From: Opitutales bacterium
GTDB taxonomy: Bacteria; Verrucomicrobiota; Verrucomicrobiia; Opitutales; Coraliomargaritaceae
Reading direction: 5' to 3'
Assembly (NCBI GenBank): GCA_049606355.1
Contig: JBMYVL010000002.1
Span: 60,001 to 92,000, forward strand
Length of the DNA stretch: 32,000 nt
Positions 15,882 to 29,214 of the stretch are shown here, in pieces. The notes below the pieces were generated by a model. It saw only the letters and a program-made list of their open reading frames with translations. It was not told the origin of the DNA and ran no database searches. Positions within the stretch are counted from its first letter, which is position 1. Every line of letters starts with the position of its first letter. The position numbers and the translations under genes are program-made.

Positions 15882-15900
15882 AGCGGCGCGCACATTTTTT
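15831..15900 (+). promoter_or_regulatory. branched stem-loop closed by a 7-bp GC stem and followed by T6, 25 nt upstream of actA
   Basis: GTGCGCG (15831-15837) pairs perfectly with CGCGCAC (15887-15893). Two internal hairpins are present (GCAACC..GGTGC, and GTGGC-ACGAAC-GCCAC). A TTTTTT run lies at 15895-15900. The element overlaps the 3' end of the mini-ORF. Confidence 0.3.
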
Positions 15901-15924
15901 ACTGCACTCTTATTTTAGCGAGCG

Positions 15925-16578
15925 ATGGCGAATATATTTCCAAAGTGGGTGAATACGGTCCCGATCAAAGTAATCGTCGGGATTGTTCTTATTAAAACCG
16001 CAGTTGTCCTGGGTGTGACGTATTATTTTACGCCGAAGTACACGCGGGTGGGGTATGCACCCACGCAACCGGTTGCATTTAGCCATGCTTTGCATGCAGG
16101 GCAGTTAGAAATCGACTGCCGCTATTGCCATACCTTTGTGGATCGTTCGGAGCATTCGAATGTACCAGGCTCGAGTGTTTGTATGTCTTGTCACTCAATG
16201 GTCCGTAAGGACGATCCCCAGTTGGCTCTCATTCGAGACAGCTATGAATCGGGCGATGCGGTGCCATGGGTGCGCGTCCACAAAACACCTGATTACGTCT
16301 ATTTTAATCACGCGGTGCACGTCAATCGTGGCATCAGCTGTGTGGAGTGTCATGGACGTATCGACCAGATGGAAGTGGTCGAGCATGCGAAACCTTTGAG
16401 CATGGGCTTTTGCTTGGACTGCCACCGCAATCCCGAGGAGTACATTCGACCGATCGAGCAGGTTTATAATTTAGACTGGGAGCGTCCCGACACGGAAGAG
16501 TATCAGCAAGCTGCTACCGGCTTTGTTCACGACTGGAAGATTAACCCACCGCAAAGCTGCTCCGGCTGCCACCGCTAA
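15925..16578 (+). CDS. actA: Alternative Complex III subunit ActA, membrane-anchored pentahaem cytochrome c
   Basis: It has an N-terminal TM helix and five CxxCH motifs (CRYCH, CMSCH, CVECH, CLDCH, CSGCH). It is the first gene of the act cluster. Confidence 0.9.
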   Translation: MANIFPKWVNTVPIKVIVGIVLIKTAVVLGVTYYFTPKYTRVGYAPTQPVAFSHALHAGQLEIDCRYCHTFVDRSEHSNVPGSSVCMSCHSMVRKDDPQLALIRDSYESGDAVPWVRVHKTPDYVYFNHAVHVNRGISCVECHGRIDQMEVVEHAKPLSMGFCLDCHRNPEEYIRPIEQVYNLDWERPDTEEYQQAATGFVHDWKINPPQSCSGCHR

Positions 16579-16591
16579 CCGATTTTTGACG

Positions 16592-19954
<3,363 letters not shown>

Positions 19955-19986
19955 TTGTTAACTCGCGTACCAACGGACTGAAGATA

Positions 19987-21483
19987 ATGGCAACTATTTT
20001 AAAAGAGAGTTCTATGGATTCAACTCAGGCTGCTTTGCTGGCCAAGGTGCAGCCTGCTGAACTTGTCGAGCAACCCCTCGTCACCAACCAGCGTGACTTT
20101 AATTGGGTTACGGATAAGATCTGTCGCATCGTCGAAACACCGACACCCACTTGGTGGTGGGTCTGTATGGCGGTCGCGCTCCTCACTGCAGCCTTTACTG
20201 GTTTGGGTTTGTTATGGCTGGTGAGTACTGGAGTCGGTGTCTGGGGGCTTGCAAATCCGATCAATTGGGGTTGGGCGATTGTTAATTTCGTTTTTTGGAT
20301 TGGTATCGGCCACGCGGGCACCTTGATCTCGGCGGTGCTCTGCTTGCTTAAACAGGGTTGGCGCACCTCGATTAACCGCGCGGCAGAGGCGATGACTATT
20401 TTTGCGGTGGTGTGTGCGGGCATCTTCCCGCTATTTCACGTCGGCCGTGTTTGGTTTGCCTGGTGGCTGTTTCCGCTGCCGAATGCAAATGCCATCTGGC
20501 CGCAGTTCCGATCTCCGCTGGAGTGGGACGTTTTTGCGGTCTCCACTTATGGTACCGTATCGGTGTTGTTCTGGTACATGGGAATGATCCCTGACCTTGG
20601 GGTACTACGTGATCGCGCTGTTCAGCGCCTTAAGGTGGGCGCCTATGAGGGGGCGGGACTTCTGGCTAAGGGCATGGATGTCTTTCGCAAATACCTGTAC
20701 GGTATTTTTGCGATGGGTTGGCGCAACGCCGGCAATCACTGGCGTAATTATGAAATGGCTTACCTTATTTTAGCCGGCCTCTCCACGCCGTTGGTACTTT
20801 CGGTTCACACGATTGTGTCCTTCGACTTTGCGGCGGCCCAATTGCCGGGTTGGCATACGACGATTTTCCCACCGTACTTTGTGGCTGGAGCCATTTTCTC
20901 GGGCTTCGGCATGGTGCTCACTTTGATGTTACCATTGCGTGCTATTTATGGGCTGCACGATTTGATTACGCAGCGCCATATCGACAACATGTGTAAGATC
21001 TGCCTCGGTACTGGTTCGATCGTTGGCTACGCGTACATCATGGAGTTCTTCATCGCATGGTATGGAGCCAATCCATACGAGAGCTTTGCGTTTATCAATC
21101 GCGGCTTTGGCCAGTACTCCTGGGCGTATTATATGATGTTCGCCTGTAATGTATTTACGCCGCAATTATTCTGGTTCAGTGCCGTGCGTCGCAATGCAGC
21201 GCTCGTATGGGTCATGTCGATCTTTATCAATGTTGGTATGTGGTTTGAACGGTTTGTGATTACGGTGACTTCGTTGGCAAATGACTTCCTGCCGAGCTCT
21301 TGGGGCTATTACTCACCGACTATTGTCGATATTTTCACCTTCTTTGGCACCTTCGGCTTATTCAGTGTGCTCTTCCTGATGTTCTTAAGATTTCTGCCAT
21401 TGATGCCGATTGCTGAGGTGAAGTTCGTCATGCCTGCAGCCGATCCGCACGGCCATAATGATTCAACCGGAGGGCAACACTAA
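19987..21483 (+). CDS. actC: ACIII subunit ActC (NrfD/PsrC-like quinol-interacting membrane subunit)
   Basis: 498-aa polytopic membrane protein with NrfD-like segments ([36 protein letters not shown]). Its position after actB also supports the call. Confidence 0.88.
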   Translation: MATILKESSMDSTQAALLAKVQPAELVEQPLVTNQRDFNWVTDKICRIVETPTPTWWWVCMAVALLTAAFTGLGLLWLVSTGVGVWGLANPINWGWAIVNFVFWIGIGHAGTLISAVLCLLKQGWRTSINRAAEAMTIFAVVCAGIFPLFHVGRVWFAWWLFPLPNANAIWPQFRSPLEWDVFAVSTYGTVSVLFWYMGMIPDLGVLRDRAVQRLKVGAYEGAGLLAKGMDVFRKYLYGIFAMGWRNAGNHWRNYEMAYLILAGLSTPLVLSVHTIVSFDFAAAQLPGWHTTIFPPYFVAGAIFSGFGMVLTLMLPLRAIYGLHDLITQRHIDNMCKICLGTGSIVGYAYIMEFFIAWYGANPYESFAFINRGFGQYSWAYYMMFACNVFTPQLFWFSAVRRNAALVWVMSIFINVGMWFERFVITVTSLANDFLPSSWGYYSPTIVDIFTFFGTFGLFSVLFLMFLRFLPLMPIAEVKFVMPAADPHGHNDSTGGQH

Positions 21484-22013
21484 TGTCTGAAACGCACGGA
21501 ATAATCGCATCGTTTGCGGATACACCTTCTTTTTATCATGCAGCGGAAAAAGTCCGCGATGCAGGCTATACAAAGTGGGACACCTACTCATCCTTTCCTG
21601 TGCATGGCATGCCCGAGGCACAGGGACAGCCACGTTCGAAAGTGCCGGTCTTTACCTTTGTGGGCGGCATCACTGGATTTACTGTGGGCACATTAATTGT
21701 GTGGTTCATGAACTACTTTGATTACCCATTGATCGTTGGAGGAAAGCCATTTTTCAGCCCAGTTTTCCCGTTTCCGGTGATGTATGAACTGACGATTCTT
21801 CTGGCCGCGTTCGGCACGCTCGGGGGGATGTTTATTACCAACCTGCTTCCGCAGCACTACAATCCACTTTTTAACAGTGACGCTTTTCTCGAGGTTTCCG
21901 GTGATCGTCTCGTCATCGCGATCGAGTCACGTGACCCTAAGTTTGATCCTGAGGCCACCCGACGCTTCTTAGCAGAAATTGGCGGCACTGACATTGAGGA
22001 AGTATCCAACTAG
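21483..22013 (+). CDS. actD: ACIII subunit ActD (DUF3341-type)
   Basis: It has [43 protein letters not shown] followed by two TM helices. It joins actC through a TAATG overlap. Confidence 0.85.
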   Translation: MSETHGIIASFADTPSFYHAAEKVRDAGYTKWDTYSSFPVHGMPEAQGQPRSKVPVFTFVGGITGFTVGTLIVWFMNYFDYPLIVGGKPFFSPVFPFPVMYELTILLAAFGTLGGMFITNLLPQHYNPLFNSDAFLEVSGDRLVIAIESRDPKFDPEATRRFLAEIGGTDIEEVSN

Positions 22014-22022
22014 TATCGAGCT

Positions 22023-22676
22023 ATGCGTATCTTTTTGATCATCTATGTTTTTGTGATAGCTGCTGTTATATCGACACTTGGCTTTCGTGGTGCAAGCAGC
22101 ACCAAACCACCGTTGGAAGTTTTTCCTGATATGGATCGGCAGGCGCGCTACAAGCCGCAGGCGGAAAATCAGTTCTTTGCGGATGGTCGCAACGATCGCC
22201 CGGTGCCGTTAAATACCGTGGCGCGCGGCAATTATTTTAATCAGGTTGAGGTCTTCTCTGAAGCATTCAGCGATACGGAGCTCGGCAACAGCACTTATAA
22301 ATACGGCAAAACTCCGGAAGGAGAGTTTGTCGAGAGGCTACCGATCGCGCCCACCAATGAGCTCATGCAATTAGGGCATGAGAAGTACGATATATTTTGT
22401 ACGGTTTGTCACGGCGCTGCAGGTGATGGCAATGGGGTCGTGAAGCAATATGGCGTCTTGGCTGCCAGCTACCACGATGAACGCTTGCGCGACGCCGAGG
22501 ATGGCTATCTGTATGATGTTATTTCAAATGGCAAGGGCTTGATGTATGGGCTTAAAGATCGCATGAGCCCTGAAGAGCGCTGGGCAGTTGTCCTTTATAT
22601 GCGCGCTTTGCAGACCTCACAAAATGCTAAGGCGAGCGATTTGTCTGAAGCACAACGCATGGAATTAGGATTTTAA
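22023..22676 (+). CDS. actE: ACIII subunit ActE, monohaem cytochrome c
   Basis: It has an N-terminal anchor or signal and a single CTVCHG haem motif with a downstream Met (GKGLMYG). Its position in the act cluster also supports the call. Confidence 0.85.
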   Translation: MRIFLIIYVFVIAAVISTLGFRGASSTKPPLEVFPDMDRQARYKPQAENQFFADGRNDRPVPLNTVARGNYFNQVEVFSEAFSDTELGNSTYKYGKTPEGEFVERLPIAPTNELMQLGHEKYDIFCTVCHGAAGDGNGVVKQYGVLAASYHDERLRDAEDGYLYDVISNGKGLMYGLKDRMSPEERWAVVLYMRALQTSQNAKASDLSEAQRMELGF

Positions 22677-22678
22677 TC

Positions 22679-23920
22679 ATGAGTTTGGAAGCACCCATTT
22701 CTAACAATAAGAATATCGGCGCGAGTGCGCTTATTGTGGGCTTAGTGGGCCTCTTGATTGGCCTGTATGGTCTCTATCAGGGGGTTGAACAACACGATCC
22801 GCGCCCATTGATGAGCTGGCTGATTGGAATTGCTTTTTGGCTCTCGATTGCAGTCGGCATGCTTTTTTTGACACAGATCTGGTATGTGTTTCATGCGCGC
22901 TGGCCGACGGTCATTCGCCGTCAGTGTGAGCATTTTTTCGCAGTCTTTCCTGTACTCTTTATTCTCTTCCTTCCACTGCTTGTCCTAACTTATAGCGACC
23001 ATCCTGGCTTGTTGTGGAAGTGGTTGGATGGGACGAATGCGTTGCCAGGTCATGGTACTGTGGGTGAAGATCCCATTTATAACTGGAAGCAGCCTTATTT
23101 GAACCAGAGTTTCTTTGTATTACGTACGGTAGGCATCTTTGCGACCTTTATGCTGGTGGCCGGTTTGCTACGCAAATGGTCATTTGATACCGATAAAACC
23201 GGCTCGATTAGTAATACACACAAGGCACGTCGACTCTCTTCGGTCGGATTGTTCATCTGTGCTGGAGCGGCGACACTGGGTTCGATCGACTGGTTTAAGT
23301 CCTTGGAATACCACTGGTTCTCGACAATGTATGGCGTCTGGTTTTTTGCCGCCTCGATGCGTGCGGCATTGAGTGCACTTCTGATTATTTCGGTCGTACT
23401 TGCCGCAAAAGGCTGCCTCAGAGGCATTGTGAAGCAGGCGCACCGTTATGATATCGCCTGCATGATGTTAGCCTTTACGATTTTTTGGGCTTATATCAGC
23501 TTCTCTCAGTACTTCCTTATCTACAATGCGAACATTCCGGAAGAAACTTTCTGGTATAACATTCGCGAAAAGAACGGCTGGTGGCTCGTCAGTATGCTCT
23601 TAATTTTTGGGCACTTTCTAACACCATTCATCATTTTATTGTGGTACAAAACAAAGGTGGTCGTGTGGCGAACCGTGGGTATCGCTGTGTGGATCTTACT
23701 GTTTCATGTGGTTGATTTGTTTTGGAATATCATTCCGGGTAAAATCCCTACCGATCATGGCTACAGTGTGCGCCCCTTCGGTGTAACCGTGTTTGATGTG
23801 GCTGCGATCATTGGGGTCGGAGGCTTTTGTATCTGGGCATATTGCCGCAGTATGCAAAAGACCGAAGCGATTCCGGTACGTGACCCTAATATCGTTCAAT
23901 CACTTAATTATTCCGAATAA
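22679..23920 (+). CDS. actF: ACIII subunit ActF (second NrfD-like membrane subunit)
   Basis: 413-aa polytopic membrane protein starting 2 nt after actE. Its architecture matches the ActC paralogue ActF. Confidence 0.85.
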   Translation: MSLEAPISNNKNIGASALIVGLVGLLIGLYGLYQGVEQHDPRPLMSWLIGIAFWLSIAVGMLFLTQIWYVFHARWPTVIRRQCEHFFAVFPVLFILFLPLLVLTYSDHPGLLWKWLDGTNALPGHGTVGEDPIYNWKQPYLNQSFFVLRTVGIFATFMLVAGLLRKWSFDTDKTGSISNTHKARRLSSVGLFICAGAATLGSIDWFKSLEYHWFSTMYGVWFFAASMRAALSALLIISVVLAAKGCLRGIVKQAHRYDIACMMLAFTIFWAYISFSQYFLIYNANIPEETFWYNIREKNGWWLVSMLLIFGHFLTPFIILLWYKTKVVVWRTVGIAVWILLFHVVDLFWNIIPGKIPTDHGYSVRPFGVTVFDVAAIIGVGGFCIWAYCRSMQKTEAIPVRDPNIVQSLNYSE

Positions 23921-23927
23921 TTTTAAG

Positions 23928-24209
23928 ATGACTCATTCAGCACCCAGCAATCGTAACGCAATGCTCACCTTTTTAGGTGCGATTGGCGCAATCCTGACTT
24001 TCGCTCTCATTATCTTCGTCGCATACTTGCCGAATCGATCCGCACCCGCGGATCAAAGTGTGCGAGATCAACGCCAAAGTGATGCGGATGCCGTGCGCGC
24101 CGCAGGTATCGCGAAGCTCAATCGTTACGAGGTATTAGACAAGTCAGCGGGTACCGTGCGTATTCCAATTGATGTGGCTAAGGGGCTAACGCTCAAGGCC
24201 TACAAGTAG
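23928..24209 (+). CDS. small single-TM protein (93 aa) between actF and ccoS; possible ActG-like or bridging subunit
   Basis: Starting from the internal ATG it reads MTHSAPSNRNAMLTFLGAIGAILTFALIIFVAYLP..., with one TM helix and a charged soluble tail ending GTVRIPIDVAKGLTLKAYK. It starts 7 nt after actF and ends 4 nt before ccoS. The ORF-track extension overlaps actF. Confidence 0.55.
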   Translation: MTHSAPSNRNAMLTFLGAIGAILTFALIIFVAYLPNRSAPADQSVRDQRQSDADAVRAAGIAKLNRYEVLDKSAGTVRIPIDVAKGLTLKAYK

Positions 24210-24213
24210 TGCG

Positions 24214-24408
24214 ATGCCCGTTGAGAACTACTTCGAACTCTTGCCACTAATTATTCTGGGCGTTCTCTTTTTTGCGGTATCGATTGCGATGCTTTATTGG
24301 GCGGTGCGGCAAGGGCAGTTGCGTAACTTTGATGATCAAGCAAAAGTAATCTTTACTGATGAAGAACCGGAAGGGGAGATCTCGGATCATTTTCCGGATA
24401 AGTTTTAG
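24214..24408 (+). CDS. ccoS: cbb3-type cytochrome oxidase maturation protein CcoS/FixS
   Basis: 64 aa with one TM helix followed by YWAVRQGQLRNFDDQAKVIFTDEEP. This matches the CcoS pattern W-A-x-x-S/Q-G-Q-x-D-D...I-x-F-D-D. Confidence 0.75.
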   Translation: MPVENYFELLPLIILGVLFFAVSIAMLYWAVRQGQLRNFDDQAKVIFTDEEPEGEISDHFPDKF

Positions 24409-24472
24409 CTTTCGCTAGGCGGGGAATCGTCTAGATCTCGATTAACTATTTCCTGGTACGACTATATAAAAT

Positions 24473-25954
24473 ATGAGCCAAGCGCCGCAAAATTTATCAT
24501 CGTTGAATCCGTATTCGTCACCGGATGCATCCATACGTGCAGAGTTGAGTGAAATTGACGCATCTCTGCGGACTTCCTCACTCTTTTTCATTACCTCGGC
24601 TATTTTTTGGTTAATTGCGGGCACCGTGTTGGCTCTCATTGCAGCCATCAAACTGCATGAGCCTAATTTTGCCGCCTCATCTGAGCTCACCACTTTTGGG
24701 CGCATGCGTTCGGCTCACTTGAACGCCATGGCACTCGGCTTTGGCAATAATATGATTTTTGCTGTTTGCACCTGGATTATGGCGCGCTTGTGTCGTTCAC
24801 CCATACGCCACGGTGGCTTGCTGTTAATTGCCGGTAGCTTTTGGAACATTGGTCTGACCCTTGGCATCGCGGGTATTATTAAAGGTGATATTACCTCGGT
24901 GGAATGGTTGGAGATTCCTCAATACGCGACGCCATTGCTCGCTATTTCCTACATTCTGATTGGAGTGTGGGGGATTATGGCTTTCCGCTTTCGTAAAGGA
25001 GAGCACGTATATGTTTCCCAGTGGTACTTCCTTGGCGCTCTTTTCTGGTTTCCATGGCTTTACATCGTCGCACAGGCGATGATCATTTGGGCTCCGGCCC
25101 AAGGAGTGGTTCAATCGGTGACCAACTGGTGGTTTGCGCATAATGTCTTAGGCTTGTGGTTGACGCCGATGGCACTGGGCACCGCTTATTATTTAATTCC
25201 TAAGGTGTTGGGTCGTCCCATTTATTCTTATTATTTATCGGTACTTGGGTTTTGGTCCTTGGCGCTCTTCTACAATTGGGCAGGCGTTCACCATCTTATC
25301 GGCGGGCCGATCCCCGTATGGCTTATTTCTGCGGGTGTTGTTGCTTCGGTGATGATGGTCATTCCGGTTATTGTCGTTGCGATCAATCATCACATGACGG
25401 TGGTGGGCTTGCATCGGCAGGGTTGGAAGAGCCCGACCATGCGCTTTGTTGTTTTTGGTGCGGTCAATTATACTCTGGTTAGTTTGATCGGCTCGACGAT
25501 GGCCTTGAGGAATGTGAATCTTATCACGCACTTCACCCACTTTACCGTTGGGCACGCCCACCATGGTGCCTATGCATTTTTTGCGATGATTATGTTTGGC
25601 GGCGTCTATTATATGATGCCACGTATGCTCAATCGTGAGTGGCCATCCGCGTTTCTGATCCGCACGCACTTTTGGATGTGCGCGATCGGCATATTGCTCA
25701 TGGTATTTGCGTTGCAGATCGGTGGTTGGTTCCAGGGGCTGCAAATGAATGATGCGGAGAATTATCCGGACTTCATCGAAATCGTAAAAAATACCCGGCC
25801 TTATATGATCATTCGATCCGTTTCCGGGGTGATGTTACTTGTCGGTCATATCGCCTTTGCGATCAATTTCTTCTGGATGCTCTTTGCTGCAGGTGCGGTT
25901 CGCGCGAAGCAAGGCCCAACCTTACTCGAAGCTAAAAAGGAGGGCGCAATCTAA
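24473..25954 (+). CDS. ccoN: cytochrome c oxidase cbb3-type subunit I (CcoN)
   Basis: 493-aa polytopic protein. [35 protein letters not shown]...[14 protein letters not shown]...[11 protein letters not shown] parallels the CcoN motifs WWYGHNAVGF...YYFVPK...RPVYSY...WAGPHH. Confidence 0.88.
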   Translation: MSQAPQNLSSLNPYSSPDASIRAELSEIDASLRTSSLFFITSAIFWLIAGTVLALIAAIKLHEPNFAASSELTTFGRMRSAHLNAMALGFGNNMIFAVCTWIMARLCRSPIRHGGLLLIAGSFWNIGLTLGIAGIIKGDITSVEWLEIPQYATPLLAISYILIGVWGIMAFRFRKGEHVYVSQWYFLGALFWFPWLYIVAQAMIIWAPAQGVVQSVTNWWFAHNVLGLWLTPMALGTAYYLIPKVLGRPIYSYYLSVLGFWSLALFYNWAGVHHLIGGPIPVWLISAGVVASVMMVIPVIVVAINHHMTVVGLHRQGWKSPTMRFVVFGAVNYTLVSLIGSTMALRNVNLITHFTHFTVGHAHHGAYAFFAMIMFGGVYYMMPRMLNREWPSAFLIRTHFWMCAIGILLMVFALQIGGWFQGLQMNDAENYPDFIEIVKNTRPYMIIRSVSGVMLLVGHIAFAINFFWMLFAAGAVRAKQGPTLLEAKKEGAI

Positions 25955-26625
25955 TGAAGAATCTACCACTTTTATTTTGCGGTATCTTTTTCACGCTGGC
26001 CTTTTCTTTTACCGGGATCGTCCTGACCAGCCATTTGCAATTTGGTGGTTTGGCCCAAACGACCGAGGAGCTTGAGGACGATGGTGAAGGACAGCTCGTG
26101 ATGATTGAGGGCGACCCGATGTTTCCTCGGATTGAGGGCGGGGTTGCCCTTCAAGGCAAGCAAGTCTACATCGAGATGGGCTGTATTTACTGTCACAGTC
26201 AACAAATCCGCCGTGAGTCCTACGGTGCGGATATTGATCGTGGATGGGGGCCGCGCGCTACCGTAGCGCGTGATTACATCACGCAAGAACGAGTGTTACT
26301 TGGCACCATGCGTACTGGTCCTGATTTGGCTAATATAGGGGGGCGCTTACAGGGCGATGCAGGTCGTGAGTGGCACCACAAACATTTATACAACCCGCAA
26401 ATTACCTCCAAGGGTTCCAATATGCCACCCTTTGCATTTCTCTATACACTGCAAAAAATCGATGGCAAACCTTCGCCCAAAGCAGTGTCCATTCCTGCCG
26501 ATTCAGAGTATGCGCCTGAGCCAGGTTACGAAATCGTGCCTACCCGTCGTGCGGAAGCCTTGGTTGAATACCTGTTGAGTCTTAAAATTGATTACAGCCT
26601 GCCTGAAGCCCCAATTCTTGACTAA
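25954..26625 (+). CDS. ccoO: cytochrome c oxidase cbb3-type subunit II (CcoO), monohaem
   Basis: It has an N-terminal TM helix, [51 protein letters not shown]. It joins ccoN through a TAATG overlap. Confidence 0.9.
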   Translation: MKNLPLLFCGIFFTLAFSFTGIVLTSHLQFGGLAQTTEELEDDGEGQLVMIEGDPMFPRIEGGVALQGKQVYIEMGCIYCHSQQIRRESYGADIDRGWGPRATVARDYITQERVLLGTMRTGPDLANIGGRLQGDAGREWHHKHLYNPQITSKGSNMPPFAFLYTLQKIDGKPSPKAVSIPADSEYAPEPGYEIVPTRRAEALVEYLLSLKIDYSLPEAPILD

Positions 26626-27332
26626 TGAGCGACGAACACACATCAGAAAACAAGAGTAAGGCCTCCCTTGAAAAGGCGAGTATGCAGGATGCTGACATGC
26701 AGGACATTCATGCGCAGCTCATGCGTGAGAAGGAGGAGCCGCACGAGGGATTTTCGCCCATTCCGATTGTTTTGCTCTTTGTCTTTGCAGGGCTCTGCTT
26801 CTGGGGAGGTGTTTATTTCGCTGAGCATTCGCAGGAATTCCGTTGGGATGTGTATGATCCGGAGGCTAAATTAGCCAGTTCCAGCGCCCCGCGCCCGGAA
26901 AAGCCGCTGGCTGAAGTCGGGGCAAAAATCTATCGTGCGCAATGTGTCGCCTGTCACCAAGCCAGTGGTTTGGGTGCGCCTGGCGCTTTCCCGCCACTGG
27001 TCGCTTCGCCATGGGTCGTTGGCTCCGAAGAGCGGCTCGCCCGCATCCTCATCAATGGCTTAAAGGGGCCCATTGAGGTCAACGGTATGACCTACAACGG
27101 CAATATGCCAGCGTTTGGGCCGCAGGGGCTTAACTTGAAATCAAAGCAGATCGCAGCAGTTTTGAGCTACATTCGCCAAGAGTGGGGCAATGCAGCTCCA
27201 GAGGTGACTGTGGAGGCGATGGATGGGTACCTAGACGCTTATGGCGCGCGAGGGCCGCAATGGACCGTTGATGAACTACTCGCAGATTTCCCGCTGGAGC
27301 CCGCCAGCGATGGCTTCAGCGAGTCCGAGTAA
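26625..27332 (+). CDS. membrane-anchored monohaem cytochrome c in the CcoP position
   Basis: 235 aa. It has a charged N-terminal extension, one TM helix ([20 protein letters not shown]), a single CVACH motif and the Met ligand NGNMPAFG. It joins ccoO through a TAATG overlap. Confidence 0.8.
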   Translation: MSDEHTSENKSKASLEKASMQDADMQDIHAQLMREKEEPHEGFSPIPIVLLFVFAGLCFWGGVYFAEHSQEFRWDVYDPEAKLASSSAPRPEKPLAEVGAKIYRAQCVACHQASGLGAPGAFPPLVASPWVVGSEERLARILINGLKGPIEVNGMTYNGNMPAFGPQGLNLKSKQIAAVLSYIRQEWGNAAPEVTVEAMDGYLDAYGARGPQWTVDELLADFPLEPASDGFSESE

Positions 27333-27382
27333 TAAGAGTTACCCCACCTGCATCCGAACGAGCTGTTGGTGCTTCCTATGAA

Positions 27383-27796
27383 TTAACGTCCGTCTTGTAG
27401 CGTACGCACTTGCTTGTTCGTCTCCTCTTTATTGGCCTGCAGCTCCTGTGGCTGCAGTAGATAGTAGCACAGAATTACCCAGCAGAGCAGAGCTGGATAG
27501 AGTGCACAGCACAGCAAGATGGTACTCACGAAACCGATCATCACTGCTGCTCCGACTTCGAGTTTTTCTAATATCACAAGGACGCAGATGGGTACGATCA
27601 CAAGGATGATTGAGATGACATAGCCAATGGAAGTCGTCCCGAGGTAAAAGCCGGACTCATCTTGTTCAAGGGGCATCGCGCAGTGAGTGCAGTGTCGATT
27701 GAGGCGAAACCAATGCTTAAACATGCCAAACTGGCCGCAGTTTGGGCAACGTCCCGTGAGGCAGCGTGCTGCAATTTGACGAAGCGATACTTGCAT
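27383..27796 (-). CDS. DUF983-family zinc-ribbon membrane protein
   Basis: It has GRCPNCGQFGMFKHWFRLNRHCTHCAMPLEQDESGFYLG followed by two TM helices. ATG 27796 is preferred over the ORF-track TTG at 27814. Confidence 0.7.
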   Translation of the reverse strand: MQVSLRQIAARCLTGRCPNCGQFGMFKHWFRLNRHCTHCAMPLEQDESGFYLGTTSIGYVISIILVIVPICVLVILEKLEVGAAVMIGFVSTILLCCALYPALLCWVILCYYLLQPQELQANKEETNKQVRTLQDGR

Positions 27797-27827
27797 CAGG
27801 TAGTGAGGCCACAATCGTCTTGAAGCG

Positions 27828-29102
27828 CTACAGCGACTTTATGCCAGCGCATAAAACATCGATAGCTCGATCGATGTCTGCGCCATTGTGCTGCGTACAC
27901 ATAAAGCAAGTCTCGTAAGCCGACGGCGGTAAGTAGACGCCATTGCTTAGGGCGTACTTAAATAGGGAATTGAACTGTGCGGTGTTGCTGGTGATGGCAC
28001 CGTTGTAATCGCGCACGGGCGATTCAGTAAAAAACAGGGCAAACATAGAGCCGACTTGGGGGACGTGCAGAGCAACACCCTTTGCACGAGCCGCATCTAA
28101 TAGCGCATCACGTACGCGCTCGCCCAATTGTTCGAAGCGTGCATACGGATTCTCAGCTTTTAGTTTTTTGAGTGCTGCGATACCAGCGGCCATCGCTAGC
28201 GGATTACCGCTCAATGTGCCCGCCTGATAAACGGGTCCGAGTGGTGCAAGCTGATCCATAATCTCCGAGCGTCCACCGAGCGCGCCTACAGGAAGCCCGC
28301 CGCCAATGATTTTACCCATCGCAGTTAGGTCCGGTCGAACGCCGACGCGCTCTTGTACCCCGCCGAGTGCGAGACGAAACCCCGTCATGACCTCATCGAA
28401 AATCAACACACTGCTATTTTTATCGCAAAGATTCCGCAGGAGTTCCAAGTACCCAGTATCCGGTAAAATGAGCCCACAATTGGCTGGGTAGGGTTCTACG
28501 ATAACAGCGGCGATATCACTTCCTTGATGAGCAAAGGCAGCCTCGATTGCGGCGGCGTCATTATAATCGAGTACGATGGTCTCTGCGGCAAAACTTTCGG
28601 GGATGCCTGCGCTGTCGGGGTTGCCGAGGGTGAGCGCCCCTGATCCGGCTTTGACGAGGAGTGAATCGACATGGCCGTGATAACAGCCGGAGAATTTGAT
28701 AAGCTTGTTTCGTTTGGTGTAGCCACGCGCGAGGCGAATCGCAGACATAGTCGCTTCGGTGCCGCTGTTGCACATGCGCACCTTTTCCACCGACGGCACA
28801 CTGGCGACGACCAGCTCAGCCATCTCAACTTCATAGGGATTCGGAGTGCCAAAACTGGTGCCATGGTTCAGGGCTTCGGCAACGGCATCCCGGATGTCTG
28901 GATCGTTGTGGCCGTGGATGGCCGGACCCCAGGTGCAGACGAAGTCGATCAGCTCGTTACCATCAGCGGTGTATAAATGTGCGCCCTGGGCGCGCTTGGT
29001 GAAAAACGGAGTGCCGCCAACGGAGCGAAAGGCGCGTACGGGAGAATTGACCCCTCCGGGGATCAGTTGCTTCGCACGCTCGAAAAGAATGTCGGAATTC
29101 AT
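27828..29102 (-). CDS. hemL: glutamate-1-semialdehyde 2,1-aminomutase
   Basis: 424 aa. It has [31 protein letters not shown] and a GKIIGGGLP lysine region, which are typical of HemL. Confidence 0.95.
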   Translation of the reverse strand: MNSDILFERAKQLIPGGVNSPVRAFRSVGGTPFFTKRAQGAHLYTADGNELIDFVCTWGPAIHGHNDPDIRDAVAEALNHGTSFGTPNPYEVEMAELVVASVPSVEKVRMCNSGTEATMSAIRLARGYTKRNKLIKFSGCYHGHVDSLLVKAGSGALTLGNPDSAGIPESFAAETIVLDYNDAAAIEAAFAHQGSDIAAVIVEPYPANCGLILPDTGYLELLRNLCDKNSSVLIFDEVMTGFRLALGGVQERVGVRPDLTAMGKIIGGGLPVGALGGRSEIMDQLAPLGPVYQAGTLSGNPLAMAAGIAALKKLKAENPYARFEQLGERVRDALLDAARAKGVALHVPQVGSMFALFFTESPVRDYNGAITSNTAQFNSLFKYALSNGVYLPPSAYETCFMCTQHNGADIDRAIDVLCAGIKSL

Positions 29103-29214
29103 GGCTAATGAAAATCAAACGTCGAAGATCGGACGTTCAAGGTCGAATGGGTGAATTGTGGATTAGGAAGGGAGGCCAAGTTCAAGCTTGGCGTTCAGTG
29201 CTTTGGCAGAGCGC

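Noticed and set aside
16523-16591. Upstream extension of actB overlapping the actA 3' end. Similar extensions occur at 23793-23927 (overlapping actF), 13434-13457, 2247-2282, 27797-27814 and 30865-30876.
   Set aside because: These are longest-ORF artefacts that begin at TTG or GTG codons. Internal ATG starts give canonical N-termini and remove the overlaps.
25235-25744. 169-aa minus-strand ORF inside ccoN, rich in His, Arg and Asn.
   Set aside because: It is the mirror of hydrophobic CcoN codons. The CcoN call is unambiguous.
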